64,000 bases of DNA, from positions 281,369-345,368 of the forward strand of contig CBDCBK010000010.1 of assembly GCA_965214265.1 (NCBI GenBank), read 5' to 3'. Position 1 is the first letter of the stretch, and each line of letters opens with the position of its first letter. The DNA comes from Acidimicrobiia bacterium (GTDB lineage Bacteria; Actinomycetota; Acidimicrobiia; Spongiisociales; ZC4RG35). Both the position numbers and the translations under genes were made by a program. Shown one piece after another: positions 1-9,157 of the stretch. The notes beneath the pieces are model-generated. The model had not been told where the DNA came from, ran no database searches, and saw only the letters and a list, made by a program, of their open reading frames with translations.

Positions 1-89
1 GATACTGGGTGATGCCCATGGGAAGAAGGAACTCCTCATTGAGGATCTCTCCAGGGTGGATGGGCGCAAGCTTCGTTTCAGTGGTCATT
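1..89 (-). CDS. higA: HigA-like XRE-family antitoxin, 5' part only (the gene runs off the window start)
   Basis: The minus-strand translation from the ATG at 89 reads MTTETKLAPIHPGEILNEEFLLPMGITQY, which is the typical HigA N-terminus. It sits 14 bp downstream of higB. Confidence 0.5.
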
Positions 90-102
90 GGGCTCTCCGC
101 TT

Positions 103-383
103 TTAGTGGTAGTCCTCTATCTCGACTTGGTGGGCGTTGCCGTCGCTCCAGACAAAACAGATCCGCCATTGGTCGTTGATGCGAATGCTGTGCTGCCCTC
201 GGGGATCTCCCGACAGGGCCTTTAGCCGGTTTCCTGGCGGGACCGCAGGTCGTTGAGGTCGGTGGCATTGTTCAGCATCATCAGTTTTCTCTGTCCTCGC
301 AGCTGGTTGTCCTCCGGCAGGTTTCTAGCACGACGACGCTCGGCGACAGCCTGGGTGTCCTTGTCCCGGTAGCTCCGGATCAC
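103..383 (-). CDS. higB: HigB toxin (RelE/ParE superfamily) with an apparent 1-bp frameshift
   Basis: A GTG start at 383 gives VIRSYRDKDTQAVAERRRARNLPEDNQLRGQRKLMMLNNATDLNDLR. The C-terminus, PPGNRLKALSGDPRGQHSIRINDQWRICFVWSDGNAHQVEIEDYH*, continues in another frame. The shift is at plus-strand ~239-243, where cggtcccg is seen and cgggtcccg is expected. Confidence 0.55.
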
Positions 384-602
384 TTACCCCGATAGTAGCA
401 ACAAACGCTATTAGCGCCAAATACAAATAGGCACATTCCCAGTGAGGGGTTCCGTGGGTTGGCAGTCACAAGGGCAGCACCAACGTTTACGCATCGAGGG
501 TCATTGTGGACACAGAAATCCATACCCTCACCAGACAACGCCCTTCTGACACCAAAGTTTGACCATCTTCCCCACCAGAAAAGAGGGGGGAAAAGACACT
601 TG

Positions 603-630
603 CAGTTGTACGTCGATGCGACGTACACTG
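603..630 (+). promoter_or_regulatory. Putative promoter with a palindromic operator upstream of the DUF1778 antitoxin
   Basis: The sequence is TTGCAG-N17-TACACT. An 8-bp inverted repeat, GTACGTCG-atg-CGACGTAC, overlaps the spacer about 10 bp before the ATG at 638. Confidence 0.35.
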
Positions 631-637
631 AGTCCTT

Positions 638-910
638 ATGGACACAAAGACCAAACGGTGGACCCTCAGGGTGACACCGGCCCAGGACACAATCGTGCGC
701 CAGGTGCTGAGCACCAGCGGGATGTCACTGAGTGAGTACGTAGTCAGCCGTGCAGTCGCCTCGGCTGTCAAAGACCTAGCCGACCGTCAGGTCTTTGCCG
801 TGTCTGCAGAGGCTTGGGAAAAGCTTCAAGAGGTGCTCCAACGTCCGGCGACAGCCAAGCCCAAGATCGCGGCGTTGCTGGCCGAGGACTCGGTACTCGA
901 CTCGGGGTGA
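638..910 (+). CDS. DUF1778-family antitoxin (TacA-like RHH)
   Basis: It is 90 aa, and its stop overlaps the toxin start (GTGA). It is paired with a GNAT toxin. Confidence 0.75.
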   Translation: MDTKTKRWTLRVTPAQDTIVRQVLSTSGMSLSEYVVSRAVASAVKDLADRQVFAVSAEAWEKLQEVLQRPATAKPKIAALLAEDSVLDSG

Positions 911-1395
911 GCCCATATCAGGGGCCAGAGCTGCTGGCTGATTCACATGATGTTGGCAGATTCGACTGCGGAAACGAGTCTCTCAACCACTGGATCAAGA
1001 GTCGGGCGCCACGCAATCAGCGAGAAGGTTCAAGCCGTACCTGGGTCGTTACGGACGGCACTCGGGTGGTCGGTTTCTACGCGTCTGCCACGGCGGTGGT
1101 AGCCCGTACAGAGGCCACTACACGCGCTGCCCGTAACCAGCCCGACCCTCTGCCCGCAATGCTCCTCGGCCGTCTGGCCGTTGACCGCAACCACCAAGGT
1201 AAGGGCCTCGCCGCGGCACTGCTCAAGCACTTCCTCCTCAAAGCGCTCGAAGTAGCCGAACTCACCGGGCTACGGTTCGTACTAGTCCACGCCAAAGACT
1301 CCCAGGCCGCTGGCTTCTACCGCCACTACGGGTTCGAACCTTCCCCGGTCGACGACCTAACACTCGTGCTATTGATCAAAGACATCCAACCCTGA
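907..1395 (+). CDS. GNAT-family acetyltransferase toxin (TacT/AtaT/KacT-like)
   Basis: A GTG start at 907 gives VSPYQGPELLADSHDVGRFDCGNESLNHW... The GNAT core reads LGRLAVDRNHQGKGLAAALL...AAGFYRHYGF. Confidence 0.75.
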   Translation: MSPYQGPELLADSHDVGRFDCGNESLNHWIKSRAPRNQREGSSRTWVVTDGTRVVGFYASATAVVARTEATTRAARNQPDPLPAMLLGRLAVDRNHQGKGLAAALLKHFLLKALEVAELTGLRFVLVHAKDSQAAGFYRHYGFEPSPVDDLTLVLLIKDIQP

Positions 1396-1648
1396 AAAGC
1401 GCTGGGCGTGCAGTCTCCGTCGGACGTGGCGCCAAAAAGAAATGGCAGTCACCGGACACCCTCACTTTTCCTCAGAGCACCCCCCTTACCTTGTTTAGGT
1501 ATGTCCCTTGTGTGATGCTTGGGGTTGATCGCCTGCCACGGCGGCCTGGAGCGATTACCCCTGATCAGGAATCTGGACTGCGGCGAAGACGGTGGCGGTC
1601 AGCCATGGCGACGCCGATGCGGTGACGGTGGGTGACTACCACTTGGAA

Positions 1649-1695
1649 GAATGTGGTTGCCTGGCATCTTGAATGTGGTTGCCTGGCATCTTGAA
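1649..1695. repeat. Perfect 22-bp tandem repeat x2 in an intergenic region
   Basis: The unit gaatgtggttgcctggcatctt occurs at 1649-1670 and 1671-1692, followed by a partial gaa. Confidence 0.85.
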
Positions 1696-1840
1696 AGGTC
1701 GCCCGCGTGGTACTGACGACGAGATGATGGAACTTCTGGAGCCGTCCCGGCCCCATCGCGGCAGGGGTGGTGAGACTGTTGGAAAAGGCGGGCCCGGCGC
1801 AACGGTTCGGGCCGCGTATGCCGCTACGAGATTTTCGGTA

Positions 1841-2728
1841 TCAGTGAGTTGATCGCAGAAAAGAGACAATCGCCTCTCCCACGACCTGAGGGTCCGCCAA
1901 AGCAAGGTGACACGCGTTAGGAATAACCTCAAGGGTCACGTCATGTCCCGCCGCTACCAAGGCGTCGGTGAAATCCTGCGAATGGAAAAAGGGAGCTGTT
2001 TCGTCCGCCCCGCCGGCCATCAGAAAAAAGCGACGCGGATCATGATTGACCGCTAGCTCATGGGGGTCGAGGAATAGCCATAGGTTCTCGGGGATATGAC
2101 GCTTCACGGTACGGGCGAAAAACTTAGCCTGTAACCGTTCCCTCTCCCTCAGCCAATCGGCTCCTTCGGGCAGCAGGGTGATCAGTGCAACCTCATGCCA
2201 CATATGTTTGATGTCATAAAGCCCACCCAAGCCGATCATGCCGACAATCTCGCTGGGTTCGTGAGGACAAGATTGAGGAAGGATGTCTCCCGAGAGGGTC
2301 GCCATGGCCACGAGGTTAGCCCCGGCAGAAAAGCCCAGCATCCACACCGGACCGGCCGGATAAGTGAGGTGCGGTTGTGCCAGCAAAGGCGCGGCGGATG
2401 CTATGCAAACCACTTCATGCAGTAGATCCAAGAGGTGCCGCCCTTTTGACAAAGGTTGGTAATCGGCGTTGATCGCCACCACCCCTCGAGAGGCCAGATA
2501 TTCGGCCAAAGGTGAGAGTTGGGTACGACTTAGGGCGCTATAGCCTCCACCGTAGGTGAGCGTCACTACCGGGTAGTTCCCCGGCTGAACAGGAGCGTGT
2601 ATGTCAGCAAAGATCTGAGGCATGAACTCGACGGTTGAGATAGAAGCATCGTAGAACGACGGCCGGGGTGATGGGCCGTCGCTCGGCAGAATCAGTCCAG
2701 ATGAATCGGTCGAGGATTGGCTCATTTG
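1841..2728 (-). CDS. Alpha/beta hydrolase (esterase/lipase-like)
   Basis: It has a GFSAG nucleophile-elbow motif. The start is assigned to MSQSSTDSS. Confidence 0.7.
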   Translation of the reverse strand, partial: QMSQSSTDSSGLILPSDGPSPRPSFYDASISTVEFMPQIFADIHAPVQPGNYPVVTLTYGGGYSALSRTQLSPLAEYLASRGVVAINADYQPLSKGRHLLDLLHEVVCIASAAPLLAQPHLTYPAGPVWMLGFSAGANLVAMATLSGDILPQSCPHEPSEIVGMIGLGGLYDIKHMWHEVALITLLPEGADWLRERERLQAKFFARTVKRHIPENLWLFLDPHELAVNHDPRRFFLMAGGADETAPFFHSQDFTDALVAAGHDVTLEVIPNACHLALADPQVVGEAIVSFLRSTH

Positions 2729-2847
2729 TCTGTTCCCTTTGACTTGGTCCACTTTTGGAACCTTATAAGTGGCTGGGGACAATGCTAAGAGATTTTCGGG
2801 TAGGGGTGTTGCCTGACAGCGGCCAAGTCCTGGGGCCATTCCCGACC

Positions 2848-4239
2848 CTAGGTGAGGCCTCCCTCGGTCATCTTCTGCAGATCGAGTATCCCGTCCAGTT
2901 CCTCTTCGGTGAGGAGACCCCGTTCCAGCGCCACCTCCCGGACGGTGCGGGCGCTGGCGAAGGCTTCCTTAGCCACCGAAGCTGCCGCGTCGTATCCGAT
3001 GTGCGGATTGAGAGCGGTGACCACGATCACGTTGCGTTCCACTAGCTTCCGGGCCCGCTCGGCATCCGCCTCTATCCCGTCCACGCATTTTTCGGCCAAG
3101 ACACGAGCGGCGTTGGCCAACAGTCGAATGGACTCCAAGAGGTTGCGGGCGATGACCGGCATCATGACGTTCAACTCGAAGTTGCCGTTGGCTCCCGCCC
3201 AGGTGACCGCGGCGTCGTTGCCGATCACTTGCGCGGCCACCTGCATGACCATCTCGGGAATCACGGGGTTGACCTTGGCGGGCATGATGGAAGAGCCGGG
3301 CTGGAGAGCAGGCAGACGTATCTCGGCGATCCCGGTAACCGGGCCCGAAGACAACCATCGCAGGTCGTTGGCGATCTTGAACAACGAAACCGCCACCGTT
3401 TTGAGTGATCCCGAGGTGTTGACCGTTGCGTCCTTTCCGGCTTGCGCCTCGAAGTGATCCCCCGCCTCGGTAAAAGGGATACCCGATCTTTCCGCGATGA
3501 CCGAGATAGCCGCCCGTGCCAAGCCCTCCGGACAGTTGATGCCGGTCCCTACCGCCGTGCCACCCAAGGCCAGTTCTTCGATCTCCGCCAAGATCTTTCT
3601 CATCCTCTCGGTCCCTTTGCGCACAGCCGCCGCGTAGCCTGAGAATTCCTGTCCCAAGGTGACCGGAGTGGCGTCCATCAGGTGCGTGCGGCCGGATTTG
3701 ACCAGCCCCGAGAACTCATCCGCCTTGGCCGCCAGCGAACCAGCCAGGGTCTCCAAGGCCGGCAGGAGCGATTCATGAACCGCGGCGGCCGCTGCCACAT
3801 GGATGGCGGTGGGGATGACATCGTTGGACGACTGCCCGAAGTTGACATGATCGTTGGGGTGCACCGGCCGCGCATTCTCCTCGGCGCCCAGCAATTCGGA
3901 TGCCCGCTTGGCGATCACCTCATTGGCGTTGATGTTGGTGGAGGTGCCAGAACCGGTCTGGAAGATATCAACCGGAAAGTGCTCGTCCCAGCGGCCGTCC
4001 ATCACTTCCGACCCGGCCTGGCGTACCGCCTCGGCGATCCGGGCGTCGAGATGCCCCTCCCGCCCGGCCGCCTCCGCCACCGAGCTTTTGATCAGCCCCA
4101 GCGCCCAAATGAACCGTCGTTCAAAACCTGCTCCTGAAATGGGGAAATTGTCCACCGCCCGTTGGGTGGAAGCCCCGTAGTAGGCATGGGCCGGTACCAG
4201 CACCTCTCCCATCGAATCTCTCTCGGACCGGTACTCCAT
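2848..4239 (-). CDS. aspA: Aspartate ammonia-lyase (fumarase/aspartase family)
   Basis: The signature [15 protein letters not shown] and the N-terminus [20 protein letters not shown] fit aspartase better than FumC. Confidence 0.8.
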   Translation of the reverse strand: MEYRSERDSMGEVLVPAHAYYGASTQRAVDNFPISGAGFERRFIWALGLIKSSVAEAAGREGHLDARIAEAVRQAGSEVMDGRWDEHFPVDIFQTGSGTSTNINANEVIAKRASELLGAEENARPVHPNDHVNFGQSSNDVIPTAIHVAAAAAVHESLLPALETLAGSLAAKADEFSGLVKSGRTHLMDATPVTLGQEFSGYAAAVRKGTERMRKILAEIEELALGGTAVGTGINCPEGLARAAISVIAERSGIPFTEAGDHFEAQAGKDATVNTSGSLKTVAVSLFKIANDLRWLSSGPVTGIAEIRLPALQPGSSIMPAKVNPVIPEMVMQVAAQVIGNDAAVTWAGANGNFELNVMMPVIARNLLESIRLLANAARVLAEKCVDGIEADAERARKLVERNVIVVTALNPHIGYDAAASVAKEAFASARTVREVALERGLLTEEELDGILDLQKMTEGGLT

Positions 4240-4490
4240 CACCGCTCCGCCGAAGCGCAGCCCCACCTGGTCTCCGTTTGTTCGATCTCACACCTCACTG
4301 GCACTCCCTAGGGTATCTATTGTCGACCAGGCTACCCACCCACTTTGGCGGAGTATCGGTCGGCTCCTCTACTACGCCCGCCACCAAATGAACAACGCTG
4401 CGTCTGCCGCCCAGGAGGGCCGCCGCTCGAACCCAATACCGCTAGCTTGAATCAATGCCCTCCGGTTTTCAAGGCCCCCAACGATTTGGG

Positions 4491-5294
4491 CTAGTTTTCG
4501 AAGGGCAGGTCGGTGAAGAAGTCCGAAGACCGGTTGGGCGCCACGGCGGGTGCCGGGGCCGGAATGCCCAGTCGCTTGCGCACCCCCTCATAACCCTCCT
4601 TTTCCAGTTCTCGGGCCAGACCCGGTCCTCCCGAGGTGACAATCTTGCCTCCCATCATCACATGCACCCGATCGGGCTCCACATAGCTGAGAATCCGCGA
4701 GTGGTGGGTGATCATCAACACTCCCATGCCGGGGCTGCGCATATCCTCTACCACGCCCGCCACCGTGCGCACCATGTCGATATCCAGCCCCGAGTCGGTC
4801 TCGTCCAAAAGAGCCACCTTGGGTGAGAGCACCGAGATCTGAAATATCTCCGAACGTTTCTTCTCTCCCCCGGACAGATCGTCGTTGACCGAGCGCTCCA
4901 GGAAAGAACCCATATCAAAGCGCTGGGAAGCCTCGGCTATCCGCCGGTCCGCCTCCTCGGAATCCATCCCCCTCTCCTCCGCCGCCTCCCGCATGACCTC
5001 CTCAAGATTCACCCCGGGAACCGCCACCGGATTCTGAAAGGCCTGTACCAATCCCAACCGGGCCCGCTCGTCGGCTTCCAAGCCCAGGATTACCCGGCCG
5101 TCCACCCAGGCTTCTCCCTCCGCCGTGAAATCAGGATGACCGGAGAGAACATGACACAAGGTGCTCTTGCCCGACCCGTTGGGCCCCATCAGAGCGTGCA
5201 TCTCTCCAAAGGGCACCTCCAAGTCGACCCCGCGGAGGATTTGCACCGCGCCCACCGAGGCCCGCAGCCCCCGCACCTTCAAAGCGAGACCCAT
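4491..5294 (-). CDS. sufC: Fe-S cluster assembly ATPase SufC
   Basis: It has a Walker A motif (GPNGSGKST), LSGGEKKR, and the ...LLDETDSGLD block. Confidence 0.9.
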   Translation of the reverse strand: MGLALKVRGLRASVGAVQILRGVDLEVPFGEMHALMGPNGSGKSTLCHVLSGHPDFTAEGEAWVDGRVILGLEADERARLGLVQAFQNPVAVPGVNLEEVMREAAEERGMDSEEADRRIAEASQRFDMGSFLERSVNDDLSGGEKKRSEIFQISVLSPKVALLDETDSGLDIDMVRTVAGVVEDMRSPGMGVLMITHHSRILSYVEPDRVHVMMGGKIVTSGGPGLARELEKEGYEGVRKRLGIPAPAPAVAPNRSSDFFTDLPFEN

Positions 5295-5623
5295 CAGGTT
5301 GCCCCCGCCCCGTCATCGGCGAAATACACCCACACTTTTTCCTGTTCCACGCGGGTCGGATAGGTGGGAACCGGCCGGACAGCGGGAAGAGTCAGGGCCT
5401 CCCCACTGGCCAGGTCGAAGACCGCTCCGTGAAGGGGACACTCCACCTCGATCCCAAACACTTCCCCCTCCGACAGGGAAGCCTCGGCGTGACTGCACCG
5501 ATCCCCCAGCGCGTACACCTCCCCGTCGGCCAAGAAAACCGCCGCCACTTGGCCTCCATGACAGATCTTTCGGCCCTGTCCTTCCTCCAGGTTGGCCAGG
5601 ATCGCCGCCTCCACCCAGACCAT
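5294..5623 (-). CDS. Rieske [2Fe-2S] ferredoxin-like protein within the suf cluster
   Basis: The motifs CSHAEASL...CPLHGAVF are present. It is translationally coupled to sufD and sufC. Confidence 0.8.
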   Translation of the reverse strand: MVWVEAAILANLEEGQGRKICHGGQVAAVFLADGEVYALGDRCSHAEASLSEGEVFGIEVECPLHGAVFDLASGEALTLPAVRPVPTYPTRVEQEKVWVYFADDGAGAT

Positions 5624-6903
5624 CAGACTCTTCCTGCTTCCTGGGCCTCGGCGAACCGCCGGTTGACGGCTTGGCGGGCGGCGTCGTCCAGGTCATCGAG
5701 GGGCAGTCGGTCGATCGCCTCCCCGAAAAAGCCCCGCACCAGCACTCGCTCGGCCCGGGACCGGCTGAGACCCCGACTCATCAGGTAGTACATGGGCTCG
5801 GTCTCGAGGGGGCCGACACTCGACCCGTGTCCACAGATAACATCGTTGCACAGAATCTCCAGGTTGGGCACCGAGTTGGCCTTGGCGCCCCCGGAGAGCA
5901 CCAGGTTGCGATTGGTCTCGAAGGCGGAGGTGCCCGCCGCATCCTCTTCGATTCGCAGCAGGCCGGTGAAAACGGACTGCGCCTGATCCTGTACCCCTCC
6001 TTTCAAGAACACGTCCGAACTGGTGGAGCGACCCACATGGTTCACCAACAGCCGGTAATCCAGCACCTGCTTCATCTCGCCGTAATAAAGCCCGACTACT
6101 TCGACGCTTCCCCCCGCCCCCTCGAGCGTGGTGCGCAAATCCATCCGGGCCAACCGGCCGCCCAGCCCGATCTCTCCTATCCGCAAGGTGGCGTCCCTGC
6201 CTATCCGGGAGCGATGATGCATGATGTTGACTGCCTCTGTTCCCATGATCCCGACGGTGGTGACCGAAAGACGGGCGCCGTACCCCACCTTGGTTTGCAG
6301 GTTGGGAACCATCACACTTGACATCCCGTCGGGCGAGCGAAACAGCACCACCACCGTCGCTTCCGAATTCTCCTCCGCCCGGATGGTCAGGCCGGGGAAG
6401 GTTACGGTGTCCGGGAAGGTGGATTGGACATCGATGACGAACGGGGAGTCCACTGCCCGGTTGCGCGGAATGCGCAAGGTGATCCCGTCCAACGAAAAGG
6501 CCAGAGCGGCGGCGGCGAACTTGTCGGTGTCGGGAGTCAGCAGGTCGAGCGGAGGATCAGCAGTCCAAGCTTCCACAGTCGACCCCAGCCACGCCTCCGA
6601 GTCGTTCTCCACTTCCACGAGCCTGCCGTCCACCATAACCGCCGTGCCTGCCCGGTTTCCCAGCGCGGCCAGAAAATCCCCCTTGGGGAGAGGATCACCC
6701 GGGGTTCGGGGAATTCGCATCTCCTCCAGATCGAACCCGAGGCTCACATATTTCCAGTTCTCCTCTTTCGGAGTAGGCATCTCCAAGCGATGGTATTCGC
6801 GAAGGGCCTCCCGGCGCAGAGACGCCAGAGAGGCGGGCGCCGCAGCGTTGAACCGCTCCAGGGTGTCGGTGTTGAGACTCAGCATGGACAAAGTCGCTTC
6901 CAA
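5623..6903 (-). CDS. sufD: Fe-S cluster assembly protein SufD
   Basis: It has the SufB/D-fold C-terminus (...GPLETEPMYYLMSRGL) and is 426 aa. Confidence 0.8.
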   Translation of the reverse strand: MEATLSMLSLNTDTLERFNAAAPASLASLRREALREYHRLEMPTPKEENWKYVSLGFDLEEMRIPRTPGDPLPKGDFLAALGNRAGTAVMVDGRLVEVENDSEAWLGSTVEAWTADPPLDLLTPDTDKFAAAALAFSLDGITLRIPRNRAVDSPFVIDVQSTFPDTVTFPGLTIRAEENSEATVVVLFRSPDGMSSVMVPNLQTKVGYGARLSVTTVGIMGTEAVNIMHHRSRIGRDATLRIGEIGLGGRLARMDLRTTLEGAGGSVEVVGLYYGEMKQVLDYRLLVNHVGRSTSSDVFLKGGVQDQAQSVFTGLLRIEEDAAGTSAFETNRNLVLSGGAKANSVPNLEILCNDVICGHGSSVGPLETEPMYYLMSRGLSRSRAERVLVRGFFGEAIDRLPLDDLDDAARQAVNRRFAEAQEAGRV

Positions 6904-6987
6904 GAGTTCAGATAACAGATGCTATCGGAAACCCGGTGTTTTACTGAAAACGCATCGCCACCTCGGCAGCGCTCCACAAGAGACTCT

Positions 6988-7695
6988 TCATATCGGACCC
7001 GCCGTCGAAGACCCCTCCAACAGCTTTCGGGCTATGTCAAAGACCTCGTCGAACATTTTCTCGGTGAGCCGACCGGTGAAAGTGTTCTGCTGGCTGGGAT
7101 GATAGGAGGAGAGCAAAGTCGGGCCATTCCCCAGCACGGTTACCGCGCCGTGGCCGAAGGCGGGGCGGGGGCGGGAGGCCGACCAACCCAGGCGAGGGGC
7201 GAGCCGCAGCAGGTTGGCATGGGAAAACCCGCCCAAAGCCATCACAACCTTCACCCGTTCCAGACGACCCAGTTCATCTATCAGCCAGTCCGAGCAGTTG
7301 GCAGTCTCCCCCGAAAGTGGGCGGTTTTGGGGAGGGGCGCACCGCACCGAGGCCGTCACCCAGCAATCCCGGAGCCTCAGTCCGTCATCCCTCTCCACCG
7401 AGTGAGCCTGATTGGCGAAACCCGCTCTATGAAGCGCCCGGTAGAGCCAGTCGCCGGATCGGTCACCTGTAAACATGCGCCCCGTCCGGTTGGCGCCGTG
7501 GGCGGCAGGCGCCAGGCCCACCAGTACCAGCCGCGCGGCGGGATCCCCGAATCCGGGCACCGGCCGACCCCAGTAGAGCTCGTCACGATAAGCGGCCCTC
7601 TTCTCCCTTGCCACCTTCTCCCTCCACGCCACCAGCCGCTCACACCGCCGACATTCGGCTATAGCCGCGCCCAGTTCCTCCAAGGGACTCATCAT
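6988..7695 (-). CDS. Uracil-DNA glycosylase superfamily protein (family 5/UdgB-like)
   Basis: The motifs GLAPAAHGANRTGRMFTGDRSG and the HPSQQN C-terminal motif are present. Confidence 0.65.
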   Translation of the reverse strand: MMSPLEELGAAIAECRRCERLVAWREKVAREKRAAYRDELYWGRPVPGFGDPAARLVLVGLAPAAHGANRTGRMFTGDRSGDWLYRALHRAGFANQAHSVERDDGLRLRDCWVTASVRCAPPQNRPLSGETANCSDWLIDELGRLERVKVVMALGGFSHANLLRLAPRLGWSASRPRPAFGHGAVTVLGNGPTLLSSYHPSQQNTFTGRLTEKMFDEVFDIARKLLEGSSTAGPI

Positions 7696-7851
7696 CTCTC
7701 AACTTGGGGACACGAACAACTCGTCGTCCCCCGCCGAGACTGGTCCGGGCCAACCAGCCCACTGAGTTGGATTCCCTTCTCCACAAAGACAGCTGTCTCC
7801 TCGAGCATTTCCTAAGAAAGCATAAGGTTCCAAAACTGCCAAACCCCCCTC

Positions 7852-8060
7852 GTGAGCAACCAGCAACTAGGAGTGGATTCGGCGCTGGTGGGCGGTGAAA
7901 TAGTCAGCGGTGACATAAGCATCGCCGATGGGCAGGTCACCGAGGTTGGACTACCTCCAGACGGAAGCGGCCACCTGGCAGTGGCAGGGTATATAGATTT
8001 CCAGGTAAATGGCTTTGCGGGGGTGGACTTCTCCCAGGCCGATGCGGTGGGAAATCAACA
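7852..8060 (+). pseudogene. Remnant of an amidohydrolase N-terminus (nagA-like deacetylase)
   Basis: The ...VGGEIVSGDISIADGQVTEVG...GYIDFQVNGFAGVDF motif is followed by non-homologous sequence. It sits between two minus-strand genes. Confidence 0.3.
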
Positions 8061-8175
8061 GGCGGGATCAGCAATGGCTGCCACAACCAAAATCCGAGAG
8101 TGCAGCGTTTTCCCTACCGGACATTGCATCCCTCGCCTTGCCAATCATGCCCGCGAGGCGCGGAGTTCGCTGCTC

Positions 8176-9036
8176 CTAAAGAGGAACGCCGTGCGCGGCG
8201 GCCACCTTCCTGATTCGTCCGGCGCTCTGTGCGTATGTCTCCCGGTCGGGTAGATGTTCCATTATCAGGGGAATGTCGGCGTCGAGGCGGGTCATGCAGC
8301 GGAGAAAGGCGTTGTAATCCAGGTACCCCGTGCCGGGCGGAACCTCTTCCATCGCCACGATTGACGGGCTGCCCACGAAGGTGACATCCTTGGCATGACA
8401 GGCCTTGGTCCACTGGCCCAGCTGATCGAAGAGATCCTCGATCACCGCTCCTGAGTTGAACAGGGCGCGGGGGGAGATCATCGAGTTGGCCGGATCGATA
8501 TGCACGGCCAGCCCCGGATCATCCACCCGGTCCAAGATGTGGCGGTAGACCTCTGGGCGGTCCACGATTGCCCAGGGACACATCTCCAGAGTCAGGAAAC
8601 TCCGGGTGGGCTTCACCGCTCCCAGGACATCGCTGATCCACTCGATCACCGCGTCGACGGCGTCGGACGTGAAATTGTCAGGATGGTGACCCACGTGAGA
8701 GTCGGGAGTGTCAGAAGACGCCAACGATCCGGAAACAGTCGTGCAGCAAGCCGCTCCCAGTTCGTCCGCCAAGGCGAGGGAGCGGGTGATCTCGTCCCGA
8801 GCCTGGCTTCTCAGCCGGGGATCGGGATCCATAGGGTTCACCCAGGCCGCCACTTCCGAGATAGCCACATCCGCTCTTGCGAACTGTCGGCGTACATATT
8901 GCGCCGCCTCGGTGTCCTCGGGGTCTATGACCGGGCATGGGGCGGACCGGTAACCCTGGTCCGCGCACTCCCGCAGATATTCGTCGGGGTCCACGGGACC
9001 CAGGTAATCGGTTATTGAAGCTCCTAGTCGCGCCAT
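8176..9036 (-). CDS. Sugar phosphate isomerase/epimerase (xylose-isomerase-like TIM barrel)
   Basis: The 286-aa TIM-barrel fold family is recognised from its composition and motifs. Confidence 0.6.
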   Translation of the reverse strand: MARLGASITDYLGPVDPDEYLRECADQGYRSAPCPVIDPEDTEAAQYVRRQFARADVAISEVAAWVNPMDPDPRLRSQARDEITRSLALADELGAACCTTVSGSLASSDTPDSHVGHHPDNFTSDAVDAVIEWISDVLGAVKPTRSFLTLEMCPWAIVDRPEVYRHILDRVDDPGLAVHIDPANSMISPRALFNSGAVIEDLFDQLGQWTKACHAKDVTFVGSPSIVAMEEVPPGTGYLDYNAFLRCMTRLDADIPLIMEHLPDRETYAQSAGRIRKVAAAHGVPL

Positions 9037-9157
9037 ACCAACTCCTCTCGCTCAGAATACGACCACATGTCGGGTAAGGCATGACGCGATGGGTGAACAC
9101 CGCGCCAAACACACCACTCCCGAACAAACCTGGGGGCGGCGGGAAGAAAACCGGGCT

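Noticed and set aside
5161-6321. Long Pro/Arg-rich plus-strand ORF (386 aa), and similar antisense ORFs such as 6221-7102, 9089-10126, 16369-16818, 26847-27545 and 44368-45270
   Set aside because: They are antisense or alternative-frame artefacts of high GC. Each overlaps a well-supported gene (sufD, the binding protein, iolD, menA) and has low-complexity composition.
6919-7815. 298-aa plus-strand ORF upstream of sufD
   Set aside because: It is antisense to the well-supported uracil-DNA glycosylase gene (6988-7695). It is Arg/Pro-rich and has no family signal.
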